Positions 27,691 to 37,865 of a DNA stretch of 64,000 nt are shown in pieces. The stretch is from a virus (lineage: Duplodnaviria; Caudoviricetes): positions 96,001 through 160,000 of IMG/VR virus record IMGVR_UViG_3300021387_003827; one strand, 5' to 3'. Under the pieces are notes generated by a model, which was given only the letters and a program-made list of their open reading frames with translations, did no database searches and was not told the origin of the DNA. Numbering within the stretch: position 1 is the first letter of the stretch; each line of letters begins with the position of its first letter. The position numbers and the translations under genes are program-made.

Positions 27691-28879
27691 CTCTCATCTC
27701 CAGTTTTATACCTTCGCCCTTATTATATGGTCCCCACATAGTTAGCTCCAAATCGAAAGAACAGCCGTCTACAAAGGTACAATTAATAATTGGATTTGGA
27801 TTTTTAATTATCTCGCATCGATTAAGCAACTCTTTATCGGTCAAGTTTATGTAATCGTACGAAGAATTCTTTATTTCGTTTTTATAGAACTTTAAAATTT
27901 CCTTCTTATTTCCTAAGTACTTCCAATAGCTGTCAGTAATCTTAACTCTTCCATCAACAACTTTATACGTAAACACGCTAGCATCAGCGAATGTATGACG
28001 ATAGCTGGTTGAAGCAAATAGTTCTAAGATTTCAATAACTCCATTATCATGCTTCTTTACAAAAAATGCAGTCCTTCTATAAACATCCCAGTAGGTAGTA
28101 TTTGGAATAGTAGTAAAGGTCTTTATATCGAAGTCTTCTTTTGAGCTAATAGCGACATTAGGATTTATCTCTATTTTCACTACATTCTTTCCATCACTCT
28201 CGAATACGGACCCAACAAGTCGATCCTGGGCTGCCTTAAGCAAATCAAGATCTGCCGGGTGCTGTTTATCAACTACCCAACATAAGGTCTCAAGTCGATT
28301 GTTGTAACAGAAGATGATTATCTCCATGGTATCAGGATCAACCCAAAGATCTATTGTGGATGTGCTGCGAGAGGTTATAGTGTTTGGAGTGGTAGTCTTC
28401 CCGATATATACAAGCTCCTTGTCAATATCCTTCTCTGCACAGCCAGAAGCTCTGATATGGTATCTATTCCCAGGAACTAATTCCTTTTCACTTGAAATAG
28501 TTTCTACAACTTTCATGGATTTAGTAATCGGGACAAGTCCTATATCATTCTGGTGTAAGCCAGGGAACCAGAAGTGATTATTGTATTCGGCTATAGAGTA
28601 TTGTATCTCACTATCGATTACTCCATTATTGATACTAGAATGTTTTACTAGATCTATAAAATCATTATAATCTATAACAACATGAAATCCTCTTGGATCC
28701 ACCAGTCTTATGAATGGAGCATATTCTTCTCCACCATAGAAACATCTAGGTTCAAACATGGGAAAATTAGCCACCACGCCGGAGACCGGAATATTACGAA
28801 ATTTTTTCTTTTCCCCTTTTATGAATACCTCTATAAATTCAGGTATCTCTTTTACTTTAATAAAATCTTTACTTTTCAT
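27683..28879 (-). CDS. Hypothetical protein, DPRGF family paralog 1
   Basis: ATG 28879 directly after promoter CCTTATTTATGT; NxPxSG..DPRGF motif. Confidence 0.7.
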   Translation of the reverse strand: MKSKDFIKVKEIPEFIEVFIKGEKKKFRNIPVSGVVANFPMFEPRCFYGGEEYAPFIRLVDPRGFHVVIDYNDFIDLVKHSSINNGVIDSEIQYSIAEYNNHFWFPGLHQNDIGLVPITKSMKVVETISSEKELVPGNRYHIRASGCAEKDIDKELVYIGKTTTPNTITSRSTSTIDLWVDPDTMEIIIFCYNNRLETLCWVVDKQHPADLDLLKAAQDRLVGSVFESDGKNVVKIEINPNVAISSKEDFDIKTFTTIPNTTYWDVYRRTAFFVKKHDNGVIEILELFASTSYRHTFADASVFTYKVVDGRVKITDSYWKYLGNKKEILKFYKNEIKNSSYDYINLTDKELLNRCEIIKNPNPIINCTFVDGCSFDLELTMWGPYNKGEGIKLEMRDV

Positions 28880-28931
28880 ACATAAATAAGGAAACAAAGA
28901 GAGGATCTAGATATCCTCTCTAATGTTTTTT

Positions 28932-29318
28932 TTACAGAGTCTTGAGAATCTCATCAACGGCGTGATCTTCCGTGTAATGCTTCTCTAACTCGGCCTTTTT
29001 CTCCTGGAGTGATCTTCTCTCAGCATTGATGTTATTGAGGGCTACCTGAGTCTTGATCCCGGTTTTCCACTCTGAGATCTTGTAGCCGTCAATCTCTAAC
29101 TCGTCCTCTGTCATGCCAAGTTCAGCTTTGGCCGTTGCATACTTCTTCTCCAGATCGTCCATCTCGATATACTTCCTGGCGAGATCGGAGTTTTTGTGCA
29201 TGACGGACAGCGAAGAAATCTCCTGTTTCGGGAGTGCTTTCTTCTTGTCTTCCAGTTCTTTCAGTTTAGCGTCAATTTTAGCTACGCCACCTTGGATTTT
29301 TGTGTCTCTTGTTTCCAT
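28932..29318 (-). CDS. Coiled-coil hypothetical protein
   Basis: ORF followed by hairpin near 28900..28920. Confidence 0.65.
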   Translation of the reverse strand: METRDTKIQGGVAKIDAKLKELEDKKKALPKQEISSLSVMHKNSDLARKYIEMDDLEKKYATAKAELGMTEDELEIDGYKISEWKTGIKTQVALNNINAERRSLQEKKAELEKHYTEDHAVDEILKTL

Positions 29319-29322
29319 TGTC

Positions 29323-30486
29323 TTAGAAATCTAAATATTGTGTTAATAAGTTTTCTCCTGATACTATATTTCCGTTACTAAGTATACAATCACAGTAGGA
29401 ACACCAGCCACAAACCTGAACATTCTCAAGATTGGCACATTCCACACTATTATCATCTATAGTCCTATTTAATTTTTTACTAAGACTATTTATCAGATCA
29501 ACTTTTGAGAAATCGGAACCACAGTCTACCGTTCCACTAGTAAAATACTTACCCTTAGTTAAATAGCCATTCTTAATCTCTATAACATGTAGGGTAACAT
29601 CCACCATAAAATGGGCGGGAAGTAATTCATATTCCGTCGTCATTAAATACGGAGAGCGCGGTTTAGTATCTCTCTCAACAAGCCCCGTCAGATGAATCAC
29701 CTCGATTATGTCTGATTTCACCCGATTTATAAGTACTACCTTGCCCGTCACTCTCTGTCCGTAACTATCCATATCAATGCCAGACGGGAAGAGAGTTGGA
29801 ATAATCTTTGAAAAATCTATTCGAGGTAAATCTGATCTTATTCTTAATCCAATAACCGCTATATCCTTGTTTCCTTTGTAGGATGATTTTAATGCTCCTA
29901 ACGCTTCAGAATACAGATCGGGATCATCCACTTCTGTATCCTTAAAAACCGAAGCATCCTGTATTGATACTGCAGCTATATATCTTTCTTCGGGGTAAGC
30001 AAATATATGACGATCCCTGAATACTCTATCATAGTCAGATCTCCATGGAAGACGGCCGAGATATACGACCGTTTGAAAATCATCAAGCGTATATACTTCC
30101 CCTGGCCTTAAATCTTCCACTGACTTTAATACTTTCCCAATCTCATCAATCATCTTAGGGGTCAGTAATATCCAGGAATTACTTCGGTCGTTAGGTCGGC
30201 CATAAATCAAATCCTCCTGAATCACTCCCCTCTCTATCGTTATCTCCGGAAATAATTCATCCAGATTCGATATAATACAAGAGAATCCACGAGGATCTTT
30301 GACAATTACAGATTTAAAAGTATTGATTCTGGTGATAACAATTCCAGAAGTAGGCACATTATTTATTTCGCTTTTTCTTTCATCAGGGGCGAATTTAGAT
30401 ATGTTATCCTCTAACCACAAATCATCGTCCCTACCGTGCCGTTCAAAACTAATTATTTTTAACTTTTCTAATATAATTCTTCTCAT
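29323..30486 (-). CDS. Hypothetical protein, DPRGF family paralog 2
   Basis: NVPTSG..DPRGF; promoter CCTTATATATGT at 30488..30499. Confidence 0.7.
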   Translation of the reverse strand: MRRIILEKLKIISFERHGRDDDLWLEDNISKFAPDERKSEINNVPTSGIVITRINTFKSVIVKDPRGFSCIISNLDELFPEITIERGVIQEDLIYGRPNDRSNSWILLTPKMIDEIGKVLKSVEDLRPGEVYTLDDFQTVVYLGRLPWRSDYDRVFRDRHIFAYPEERYIAAVSIQDASVFKDTEVDDPDLYSEALGALKSSYKGNKDIAVIGLRIRSDLPRIDFSKIIPTLFPSGIDMDSYGQRVTGKVVLINRVKSDIIEVIHLTGLVERDTKPRSPYLMTTEYELLPAHFMVDVTLHVIEIKNGYLTKGKYFTSGTVDCGSDFSKVDLINSLSKKLNRTIDDNSVECANLENVQVCGWCSYCDCILSNGNIVSGENLLTQYLDF

Positions 30487-30509
30487 TACATATATAAGGA
30501 AAAGAGATA

Positions 30510-30938
30510 TTAGACATACATTCCAGCCGGCGCCTCTAAAGCTAAGCCTTTTTCAATCAAGCCACGATAATCAAAATGATGAGAGTTAAGAAAATCAAGT
30601 TGTCTTAATGGATAAAACATATAAAGCCCGTCATGAGATAGCCCATGTCCATCAAGAATAAATTTTGCATATTTTGACAAATCTTCATCGCATAGTTTTC
30701 TTAACTCTTTTTTCTCTTCTTCAGTCATACTTGACATAGGACGCAAGTATGGTCTAACAGTTTTTATGTCTACTAAATTATTTCCAATAGTGGCCCAACC
30801 AATATACCACCCTTTGAATGTTCCAAAAACTCTTTTTAAACTTCCATCCATTTGTTTTAAAATGCCACTACAATTAACTCCATAAGGTACTCTTGCATAA
30901 ATGTCTGCGAGGAGCATTTGTCTTTCTTCTAGTGTCAT
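30510..30938 (-). CDS. Hypothetical protein (PYLRxMSSMTEEE family)
   Basis: Paralog of 33519..33995; ends GLIEKGLALEAPAGMY. Confidence 0.7.
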   Translation of the reverse strand: MTLEERQMLLADIYARVPYGVNCSGILKQMDGSLKRVFGTFKGWYIGWATIGNNLVDIKTVRPYLRPMSSMTEEEKKELRKLCDEDLSKYAKFILDGHGLSHDGLYMFYPLRQLDFLNSHHFDYRGLIEKGLALEAPAGMYV

Positions 30939-30994
30939 ATTACATTAATTCCTCCTTTATTGCGTTTTTCCAAGTTCAAAGATTAGTTTCATAA

Positions 30995-31246
30995 TCACTT
31001 AAAATATGAAAATTCATCTTTGATTCCTAATGCTATATCTATAAAATATTTTGCATCATCCAATTGCATCCAATCAAATGAATTTCCTTCACACTCATAA
31101 ATGCCGCTAAGTGCCTTTTCTCTTAATTCTTCATTATCAGATACAGCTTTTATAGCTTTCTCTACTCTTGTAATATGAACATATAAGCCAGATTGTGTAT
31201 TAGATGACGCTTCTTCTAAAAAATTATATGCTTCTTCTCTTGTCAT
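30995..31246 (-). CDS. Hypothetical protein
   Basis: ORF. Confidence 0.55.
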   Translation of the reverse strand: MTREEAYNFLEEASSNTQSGLYVHITRVEKAIKAVSDNEELREKALSGIYECEGNSFDWMQLDDAKYFIDIALGIKDEFSYFK

Positions 31247-31248
31247 AT

Positions 31249-31317
31249 CTATTCATCCTTTCTTGCATTAAGCCTATCAAGTTCTACTTTCAACTCATGT
31301 TCTTCAATGTATTTCAT
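31249..31317 (-). pseudogene. 22-aa mini-ORF, probable internally deleted gene
   Basis: MKYIEEHELKVELDRLNARKDE. Confidence 0.4.
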
Positions 31318-31321
31318 AAGA

Positions 31322-31465
31322 TTAAATGTGATTTTCAAGTATTTCAATCGCCTTTTTAAGACCATCCTTGAAGCCTTCTGTATAGGCACTTCCACTCATC
31401 ATAATAGGTGCATTCTCGATGGCTTCTTCAATTTCTTCTCGCCACCCATCTGAAATAAAATCCAT
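31322..31465 (-). CDS. 47-aa hypothetical protein
   Basis: MDFISDGW...EGFKDGLKKAIEILENHI fills the gap. Confidence 0.5.
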   Translation of the reverse strand: MDFISDGWREEIEEAIENAPIMMSGSAYTEGFKDGLKKAIEILENHI

Positions 31466-31468
31466 ATC

Positions 31469-32125
31469 CTAAAGTAATTTTTGAAGGTCAGCATAAAGGT
31501 CTGTTAACGCGTTCCACGCATCAGAACCTTTTTCTGCATTTTTAATGGCTCTTCTCAGTCCTTGAAAGTGTTCCTCTCTGGGCTTCCAATTATTCGGTGA
31601 TTTCATACGACGGTGGAGGGATTCGAGCCAGTCAATACATTTATATAAATCGTTTGCATCAAGACAACTCGCATTAATATATCCTATGCAATGATCCATG
31701 ATTCTCTCATCTTCCTCGCTCCACTCTTGATTTGACTGAGGACGGAGGGATTTGAGGAATTTAGCCGTGCGACTCTCTGTGCCCCATTCCTTTTCCGCAG
31801 CAAGAATTGCATTATTAAGGTGAAGTTTATCATCCTCACTCCACTCTGCGGGCTTCTGATTTTTCTCCATTTCGTACATTGCCTCCTCTTTCCCAGCCTG
31901 AATACCGAGATTAAATTGTTTCTGTGCCTCGTCTTTCTGCTTTTCGAGATAGGCAACAGCTTCGTCTTCTGTAACACCATTAATAAGTGTTCCATCCTGG
32001 TGTTTTGCTGTACCGATAGCATAACTTATTGCTTCCCTTATCTTCTCATCTTTTGAAACAAAGATAACCTTATTACCTACAATCTTGGCCTCACAGCCTT
32101 CCGGGATTTCAATTTCATTTTTCAT
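31469..32125 (-). CDS. Hypothetical protein with WSEED repeats
   Basis: EWSEDDK, EWSEEDE, WKPREE repeats. Confidence 0.7.
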   Translation of the reverse strand: MKNEIEIPEGCEAKIVGNKVIFVSKDEKIREAISYAIGTAKHQDGTLINGVTEDEAVAYLEKQKDEAQKQFNLGIQAGKEEAMYEMEKNQKPAEWSEDDKLHLNNAILAAEKEWGTESRTAKFLKSLRPQSNQEWSEEDERIMDHCIGYINASCLDANDLYKCIDWLESLHRRMKSPNNWKPREEHFQGLRRAIKNAEKGSDAWNALTDLYADLQKLL

Positions 32126-32127
32126 AT

Positions 32128-32526
32128 CTAAATCAAATTTTCAAGACAGTATTTAATAGCTGCTTCACAGGCTTCTTCGTAAGATTTTCCTTGATAGTCA
32201 AATCTCAACGCTTTCTGATAAACATTCGAGTTTTCATTAGTTTCCTCATACATTGGATTTATATTTCCCCACCACGCGTCTTTATCATAATCATATGTAC
32301 TTCTGACTTCTAGTTTATGTTCTTTTCTCAACCACTTCATAGTCATTTGAAGAGTTGGACAACAGATAAAACAAAAATCAGGTTGAATTATTTGATGGTT
32401 AGTTCTATTACTTGTTGGAACGTACTCCCCGTTTTTATTATATCCCAAATAACATATTTCATTAAACCCCTTTTCTTTAAGGAGTTTAGCTGTTTCAAAA
32501 CTAACGTAATCTTCTTGTATATTCAT
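32128..32526 (-). CDS. Hypothetical protein (EDYVSFETAKLLKEKGF family)
   Basis: Motif resembling a Bacteroidota phage family. Confidence 0.7.
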   Translation of the reverse strand: MNIQEDYVSFETAKLLKEKGFNEICYLGYNKNGEYVPTSNRTNHQIIQPDFCFICCPTLQMTMKWLRKEHKLEVRSTYDYDKDAWWGNINPMYEETNENSNVYQKALRFDYQGKSYEEACEAAIKYCLENLI

Positions 32527-32527
32527 A

Positions 32528-32839
32528 TTATTCTATTTTAGAAATATCGTGTGGATTTTGTACAATTGATTGCGTAACTTCATCAAAAATATCAAGATAA
32601 TCAGCCTGTCTTTCTGTGCATCGTTTATATTTCTTACATGCTTTCCAATATGGAGAAATAAATTCTCTGTTATCAATTGTTTCTGGAAGCTTATTATCAA
32701 ATACACAGCACAGAGCCATACCATCATATCCATGAGGAACTTCACCATCATCATGTACATTAAATGCATATTCATCTATATACATGCATGTATGACAACA
32801 TTCTATATTTTTGTTGAAATGTAATCGTTTCAAACTCAT
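32528..32839 (-). CDS. Cys-rich hypothetical protein
   Basis: CCHTC..CC..C. Confidence 0.55.
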   Translation of the reverse strand: MSLKRLHFNKNIECCHTCMYIDEYAFNVHDDGEVPHGYDGMALCCVFDNKLPETIDNREFISPYWKACKKYKRCTERQADYLDIFDEVTQSIVQNPHDISKIE

Positions 32840-32849
32840 ATGGCATTAG

Positions 32850-32906
32850 TTATTTGTGTACATTCTGTTTGGCCACTTCAAAACTAACGTAGTCCTCTGT
32901 GATCAT
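32850..32906 (-). pseudogene. Truncated paralog of 32128..32526
   Basis: MITEDYVSFEVAKQNVHK*; DNA matches the start of the full gene. Confidence 0.7.
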
Positions 32907-33244
32907 TTATTCTGTCTTTTATTGTAAAACTTATCTTTGAATTTTTTATGATAGTATCTACCTCCAACGAAAACTTTTCCACAAATATCGACGGTAAAAC
33001 CATCTTGAATTCTTACGATATTTTCTCTAGAAGGTTTGTCGGTTAAAATGAGTATATATGGCCATCCACATATACTTTTAACATATTTTATCGCAGCTTT
33101 CCGTAGTCTCATTTTCTTATTGATTAAGATATGAGAATAGGTTAATTCTATAACCTCGACTGGATATTCATAATCAGGTCTATCATCAAACTCTTGTGAA
33201 CTTCCCCTAATTTTGAACAGATTTAGTTTTGTGGTTGCTTTCAT
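32903..33244 (-). CDS. Hypothetical basic protein
   Basis: ATG 33244 (MKATTK). Confidence 0.5.
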   Translation of the reverse strand: MKATTKLNLFKIRGSSQEFDDRPDYEYPVEVIELTYSHILINKKMRLRKAAIKYVKSICGWPYILILTDKPSRENIVRIQDGFTVDICGKVFVGGRYYHKKFKDKFYNKRQNK

Positions 33245-33245
33245 C

Positions 33246-33281
33246 TTACTTGGTTTTATACATCCCCTCAGGTGCTTCAAT
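33246..33281 (-). pseudogene. 3' remnant of a LALEAPxxMY-family gene
   Basis: IEAPEGMYKTK* matches the C-termini of 30510..30938 and 33519..33995. Confidence 0.65.
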
Positions 33282-33282
33282 T

Positions 33283-33516
33283 CTACCGAACATATCCATA
33301 TTTCTTTCTTACGCTTTTATCTTTTAAATATTCATTATAATGTTCAAGCATTATAGGAATAATATTTTCATTATCAATCCCTACATATGGGTCATTATCA
33401 AAACTATTCACATATGCTTCACACCAAATAGGACTTCCATTTTCAAGTAATGTATAATCATTATAATATTTATTATTTCTCCAAAAATTTAGTCTAGAGA
33501 TATGATACTTCATCAT
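33283..33516 (-). CDS. Hypothetical protein
   Basis: Very AT-rich ORF. Confidence 0.5.
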   Translation of the reverse strand: MMKYHISRLNFWRNNKYYNDYTLLENGSPIWCEAYVNSFDNDPYVGIDNENIIPIMLEHYNEYLKDKSVRKKYGYVR

Positions 33517-33518
33517 TT

Positions 33519-33995
33519 TTAGATTTTGTACATATCTTTAGGTGCTTCAAGCGCGAGCCCCTTCTCGATTAAACCATGATAGTCAAGATGATGAGAGTTA
33601 AGATAATCTATTGCCTTAGTTGTATCTTCTGCTGATATACTTCTAAACCCATCAAAGCAAATTTTACCTTTTCCATCTGACCCAATATGAATCCATTCTC
33701 TTAATGTAAACCACTCTTCCTCTGTCATACTTGACATTGAGCGAAGATAAGGCCTTACATTGCACTCATCGATATCAAAACCACCACATCTTACATCATA
33801 TTGAGCGATAGGTTCACTAAGCTCATCTATGATTACTCTATTTTCTTGTGGATATACAGCGTATAAGACGCCTGTGAGAAATCTACCGTCTCTGTAAGAA
33901 AGTTCACTGGTAGAATCATCTCTTTTTGGCTCAGTTAAAGAAACTCTAACACCATATGGCAATCTAGCACATAATTCTTTTATAAGTAACTCCAT
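33519..33995 (-). CDS. Hypothetical protein (PYLRxMSSMTEEE family)
   Basis: Paralog of 30510..30938. Confidence 0.7.
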   Translation of the reverse strand: MELLIKELCARLPYGVRVSLTEPKRDDSTSELSYRDGRFLTGVLYAVYPQENRVIIDELSEPIAQYDVRCGGFDIDECNVRPYLRSMSSMTEEEWFTLREWIHIGSDGKGKICFDGFRSISAEDTTKAIDYLNSHHLDYHGLIEKGLALEAPKDMYKI

Positions 33996-34474
33996 ATGTC
34001 TTTAACATTGTGTGTTTTACAATATTTATTATATACACTATCATTCCTAAATACAATAAGCTCCGTTGAGACAGCATCTCCATCTTGGCCTATATATAAC
34101 TTAGACCCCTTTGGAATAACAGCAATAAAGACCTCTTCATCAGGTGGTGTGATCTTATATGATGGTGAGAAATCAACAAATGAATGAATTCCTTCGTATA
34201 TATAACGATGCCCAGGAAAATATCCCAATCCCAGCTTTGATTTTTGTCGAATCATTCCTTTTCTAAACCACAATACCTTCCTCATGTAAGGTGTTTTTGT
34301 AATACCAAACATAGGTTTCTTGAGGAGCTTATAGACCTTCAAGTCCTCTTCTGCAATAATTGGCCTATAATAACGTGTATTACCATGCAATTCTATATCC
34401 TCGTCACGATTACCTAAGGTTGGTATTGGTATGTGTAATAATTGATGTAATTTATAATTAATTTCTAAACACAT
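33980..34474 (-). CDS. Hypothetical protein (MCL..IAEEDxxVYK..EGIHSF..IPKGS family)
   Basis: Promoter CCTTATAAATGA at 34477..34488. Confidence 0.65.
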   Translation of the reverse strand: MCLEINYKLHQLLHIPIPTLGNRDEDIELHGNTRYYRPIIAEEDLKVYKLLKKPMFGITKTPYMRKVLWFRKGMIRQKSKLGLGYFPGHRYIYEGIHSFVDFSPSYKITPPDEEVFIAVIPKGSKLYIGQDGDAVSTELIVFRNDSVYNKYCKTHNVKDIWSYL

Positions 34475-34524
34475 AATCATTTATAAGGAAAATAAAGAAG
34501 GACTTTTACATCCTTCTATTTTTT

Positions 34525-35124
34525 TTAATCAAAATCAGTATAATAAATTCTCTTTATATCTTTTGCTCCCGGGTATACTTTCTCCAGCTCTTCTAGGGCC
34601 GACAAAACTTCTGGCTCTGGATAAATACTTTGTTCAGGCCATATAGCAAAGCAGTCTCTTGAATCACTGAGTATAAGATCTAAAAGTTCTTGATTCCCCA
34701 GATTCCATTTCTTTGTACTGAGAATACCGAGTCTTACACCATAACCATCATGAATATCTACAATTACTTTAAAGTCTCTTAAGAAACATGATTCATTTAC
34801 ATCAGGATGAATAAAGACAAGTTGATCTATATCTTCAGTGGACCCCTTATATGAATCTATCCAGGACATCCAATTCTTAATACCAAGGATAAATTTCTTG
34901 ATATCATCAATAGAATATTTCCAAAGCTCTAACTTCACATGTCCATCACCTGAAGTCCCTAAAACCTCCTCTTGAAGACGGGGAGAGTAAAATTCTAGCG
35001 ACCACTCATTATTATCCTTACACAAGTTAATGCCAGTAATGAAATAAGTTCCTCTCCAACCCCAGCAAAGATCTTCCCAATTTAACTCGGGCAGGCTTGT
35101 TCTAATTAATTCTTCTTTCGTCAT
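34525..35124 (-). CDS. Hypothetical protein
   Basis: ORF; downstream hairpin near 34496..34520. Confidence 0.6.
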   Translation of the reverse strand: MTKEELIRTSLPELNWEDLCWGWRGTYFITGINLCKDNNEWSLEFYSPRLQEEVLGTSGDGHVKLELWKYSIDDIKKFILGIKNWMSWIDSYKGSTEDIDQLVFIHPDVNESCFLRDFKVIVDIHDGYGVRLGILSTKKWNLGNQELLDLILSDSRDCFAIWPEQSIYPEPEVLSALEELEKVYPGAKDIKRIYYTDFD

Positions 35125-35692
35125 ATAATTTATAAATTTTTTCTCTTGCTTCGTTATACTTATCCATGTCACCGGTTATCATGGATTTATGTTCCTCCAT
35201 AATATCAACCATTTTCTTTACAGCACAAAGCCAATCATCCTTGATATCGTCTGGAACAGTACATAACCCAGAATACTCACTTATCGGATAGAATTTAATC
35301 GGTGTATTTGGAGCCAGTTCTAATTCCTTCTTAATATCAAAGTCGGTCATTCTATTCTCGATATCAAAAGTCATCCTGACATACTTTATTGTTTCTTTAT
35401 TATGTTGGATTATATATTCTTTGGCACCTTTATGATTAGTATAAAGGTCAAGGATACCTTTAACAAGTCCTCCCTCTTCCCATTCTGAAATAAGGTATTG
35501 TTCGAGATGTTTTATGATTGCATCCTCTACAGTAGTGACATTATGGGCTTCAAATAATGATATAAGTTCTCCATTCTCCCATTCATATCCATTTCCACAT
35601 ACACAAAACCAATGATGATATACCGAGAATGCATTTGGAAATATTCCCGGGAAATTAAGTAATGCTATTCTAAGTGTCTTTTCTACATTCAT
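35102..35692 (-). CDS. Hypothetical protein
   Basis: ORF. Confidence 0.6.
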   Translation of the reverse strand: MNVEKTLRIALLNFPGIFPNAFSVYHHWFCVCGNGYEWENGELISLFEAHNVTTVEDAIIKHLEQYLISEWEEGGLVKGILDLYTNHKGAKEYIIQHNKETIKYVRMTFDIENRMTDFDIKKELELAPNTPIKFYPISEYSGLCTVPDDIKDDWLCAVKKMVDIMEEHKSMITGDMDKYNEAREKIYKLYDERRIN

Positions 35693-35694
35693 AC

Positions 35695-36288
35695 TTAATC
35701 AATATAACCTTTATCTTCATACCAGACCCTATGAAGGTATTTCTCAAGAGTCCAATCATTATCATATAAAGGATTTCGTACAAACTTATAATTAGTGTAT
35801 CCTTCTCTGTATTTTCTAGGGTAATTCATTTCAGTTATATCTATACCTTCTATAAGGGCATGAAGTATTGTAAGATTTTTCTCTGTTGTCTCAATGAACT
35901 TCCCTAAATATTCTGATCTTTTCCAATTTGATTTTAGAGCCCACATTATTCCCCTAAGATCATGAAACGACTCATTAATCAAGGCAATATTTGGATTAGA
36001 CCATATCTCGGTGATATCATTGAAGTGAAAATAACCATCTGGAAATGACGAATCCTTATAATGAAGCCATCTGTCATGTATAGATCTATAGTAGAGATAA
36101 ATTCCTTCTTTAGATAATTCGTACGTATCATAGACATACTTTCCAATGATATTATCTAAGCCTTTATCACACAATTCATAATACTCATCCAGGAGATAAA
36201 GTTCTGGACTCTTTCTGAATGGATGATTTTTAATTTTATCATGAAGAAGGCTAAGTTTATTTATTGTCTCTTCACTTATCGGTTTCAT
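35695..36288 (-). CDS. Hypothetical protein
   Basis: ORF, ATGA overlap with the RNA ligase. Confidence 0.6.
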   Translation of the reverse strand: MKPISEETINKLSLLHDKIKNHPFRKSPELYLLDEYYELCDKGLDNIIGKYVYDTYELSKEGIYLYYRSIHDRWLHYKDSSFPDGYFHFNDITEIWSNPNIALINESFHDLRGIMWALKSNWKRSEYLGKFIETTEKNLTILHALIEGIDITEMNYPRKYREGYTNYKFVRNPLYDNDWTLEKYLHRVWYEDKGYID

Positions 36289-36962
36289 TTTTCAATTAAT
36301 TTAGCCTGTTTCCAATTCTCAGTCCAATGTTTATCAGTTTGAACATGATTTGGACGAACCCATTTACATACATTCTTTGAAAATTCATCTATAGGAAATT
36401 CACATGTATTCCGAAGAACGATTCCTTCGATAGTGCTTCCATACGTAGATGGTCCTTGTGTATATTTCATTACCAAGTCCTTAAGTTGATCCTCACTATT
36501 TATAATCCCTCTCCATAATTCAGGAACATGTGGAAGACCTAGAATAGATGAATAGGCCTTAACATCATCCCAAGACATCCAGACGTAAGATTTATCATCT
36601 CTAATGCCAAAAATATGATAATAGGCTGGAAGATTCTCATATATAATCGAATGAATACCAAAGAGATTTTCCCCGTATATCCATTCATCTTCCCCGATTA
36701 GATTTCGTACCCTCCAGAAAAGACCAGAATCTCCCCATATATTCTTAGACCAGGGATTTCGTGTAGGTGCCCCATGAGAACGAGCAAATACATCATTCCG
36801 GTTTATGCATATATTTTCACCATCAAGCTTTTCTGTTATAACTATTTCTTTTCCCATGTAATATCTAAACCAATCTCCTGACAACTTCTTATCATCTGAA
36901 GTAGTTCCCGGAGACCAAGGTAAATGATATGTTCTAGGATATTTATGATTTATACTTTCCAT
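36285..36962 (-). CDS. RNA ligase family protein (Rnl2-like nucleotidyltransferase)
   Basis: KYPRTYHLPWSPG, TEKLDGEN, YGEN, EGIVLR, KWVR motifs. Confidence 0.85.
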   Translation of the reverse strand: MESINHKYPRTYHLPWSPGTTSDDKKLSGDWFRYYMGKEIVITEKLDGENICINRNDVFARSHGAPTRNPWSKNIWGDSGLFWRVRNLIGEDEWIYGENLFGIHSIIYENLPAYYHIFGIRDDKSYVWMSWDDVKAYSSILGLPHVPELWRGIINSEDQLKDLVMKYTQGPSTYGSTIEGIVLRNTCEFPIDEFSKNVCKWVRPNHVQTDKHWTENWKQAKLIEK

Positions 36963-36993
36963 CACATATAAGGAGGAAAACCCTTATTAATGT
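36962..36993. promoter_or_regulatory. Back-to-back divergent phage promoters
   Basis: CCTTATATGTGA (-, 36962..36973) and CCTTATTAATGT (+, 36982..36993), each abutting an ATG. Confidence 0.75.
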
Positions 36994-37491
36994 ATGAAAG
37001 AAGAAGAAAAGATCATAGAAGAAATACTTAAAGGAGATAAAAATACCATACAATATAGGCTCTTGGTTTCTGGAAGAGTAGAGAAAATCATTGAAAGATA
37101 TGGTATAAGTCTCATCGAACTCCTAAAAGAACTTGGAGAGAATGAAACCCTACGGAATGAAGTAGAAACAGAACTTTTCCGATATAGGAGGTTGGAAATT
37201 ATACCAGAGGCTGTTCCATATCTAGTAAAAGGAACAGATGCAACAACGGGAGAGAGTGTTATAGGATTTCCGTACGTCTTCATGAAAAGGTCAGATTCTG
37301 GTGGTGTGGACTTTTGTAATGTTATCTTCACCCCGGTAGTAAATGACAAAGATCAAACTATAGACACGGATATACCTTCTAAATATGGTATGGCGTTTCC
37401 GTTGGAGGAGATGCACATAATATCGGGGAAAATGTATAAGTGGATAGGAAAAGATGAGAATGGTATAAATTATTTTGAAGGAGAGGATTAA
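36994..37491 (+). CDS. Hypothetical protein
   Basis: Promoter-abutting ATG, terminator downstream. Confidence 0.65.
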   Translation: MKEEEKIIEEILKGDKNTIQYRLLVSGRVEKIIERYGISLIELLKELGENETLRNEVETELFRYRRLEIIPEAVPYLVKGTDATTGESVIGFPYVFMKRSDSGGVDFCNVIFTPVVNDKDQTIDTDIPSKYGMAFPLEEMHIISGKMYKWIGKDENGINYFEGED

Positions 37492-37519
37492 ATGTGCCTC
37501 TTCTTTTTTTTTAACGTCA

Positions 37520-37865
37520 AGGGAGTATGAAGCAGAGAAGAAGGCTATCCGGAGCGTAGGCGGAGGATAGTTTTCTTCGATGCTGAATTCCCGGAGAAAA
37601 ACAGAACTTGGTCGCCGCCTACCCCTCCTCCGGCCACTTCGCTTCGCTCAGTACCCGGCGACCAAGTCCACGCTGCGCTCACAAAATTCTCACTACGTTA
37701 CGAATTTTGATATCGCTTCGCTCCTTGAAAAAGAGATATGAGGTATTATTTTAAAATTAAATCTGAACGACGCACGGCTGAACGAAGTGAAGACGGGCGG
37801 AGTGAAGTGGGTTATTTTTTATACATATATACAATCGATTTTCATTCCAAGTAAAATAACCCATT
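37520..37865. other. GC-rich non-coding hairpin array (candidate replication origin)
   Basis: Four inverted repeats and several GAGCGAAGCGA/GAACGAAGTGA motifs upstream of a helicase-like gene. Confidence 0.5.
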
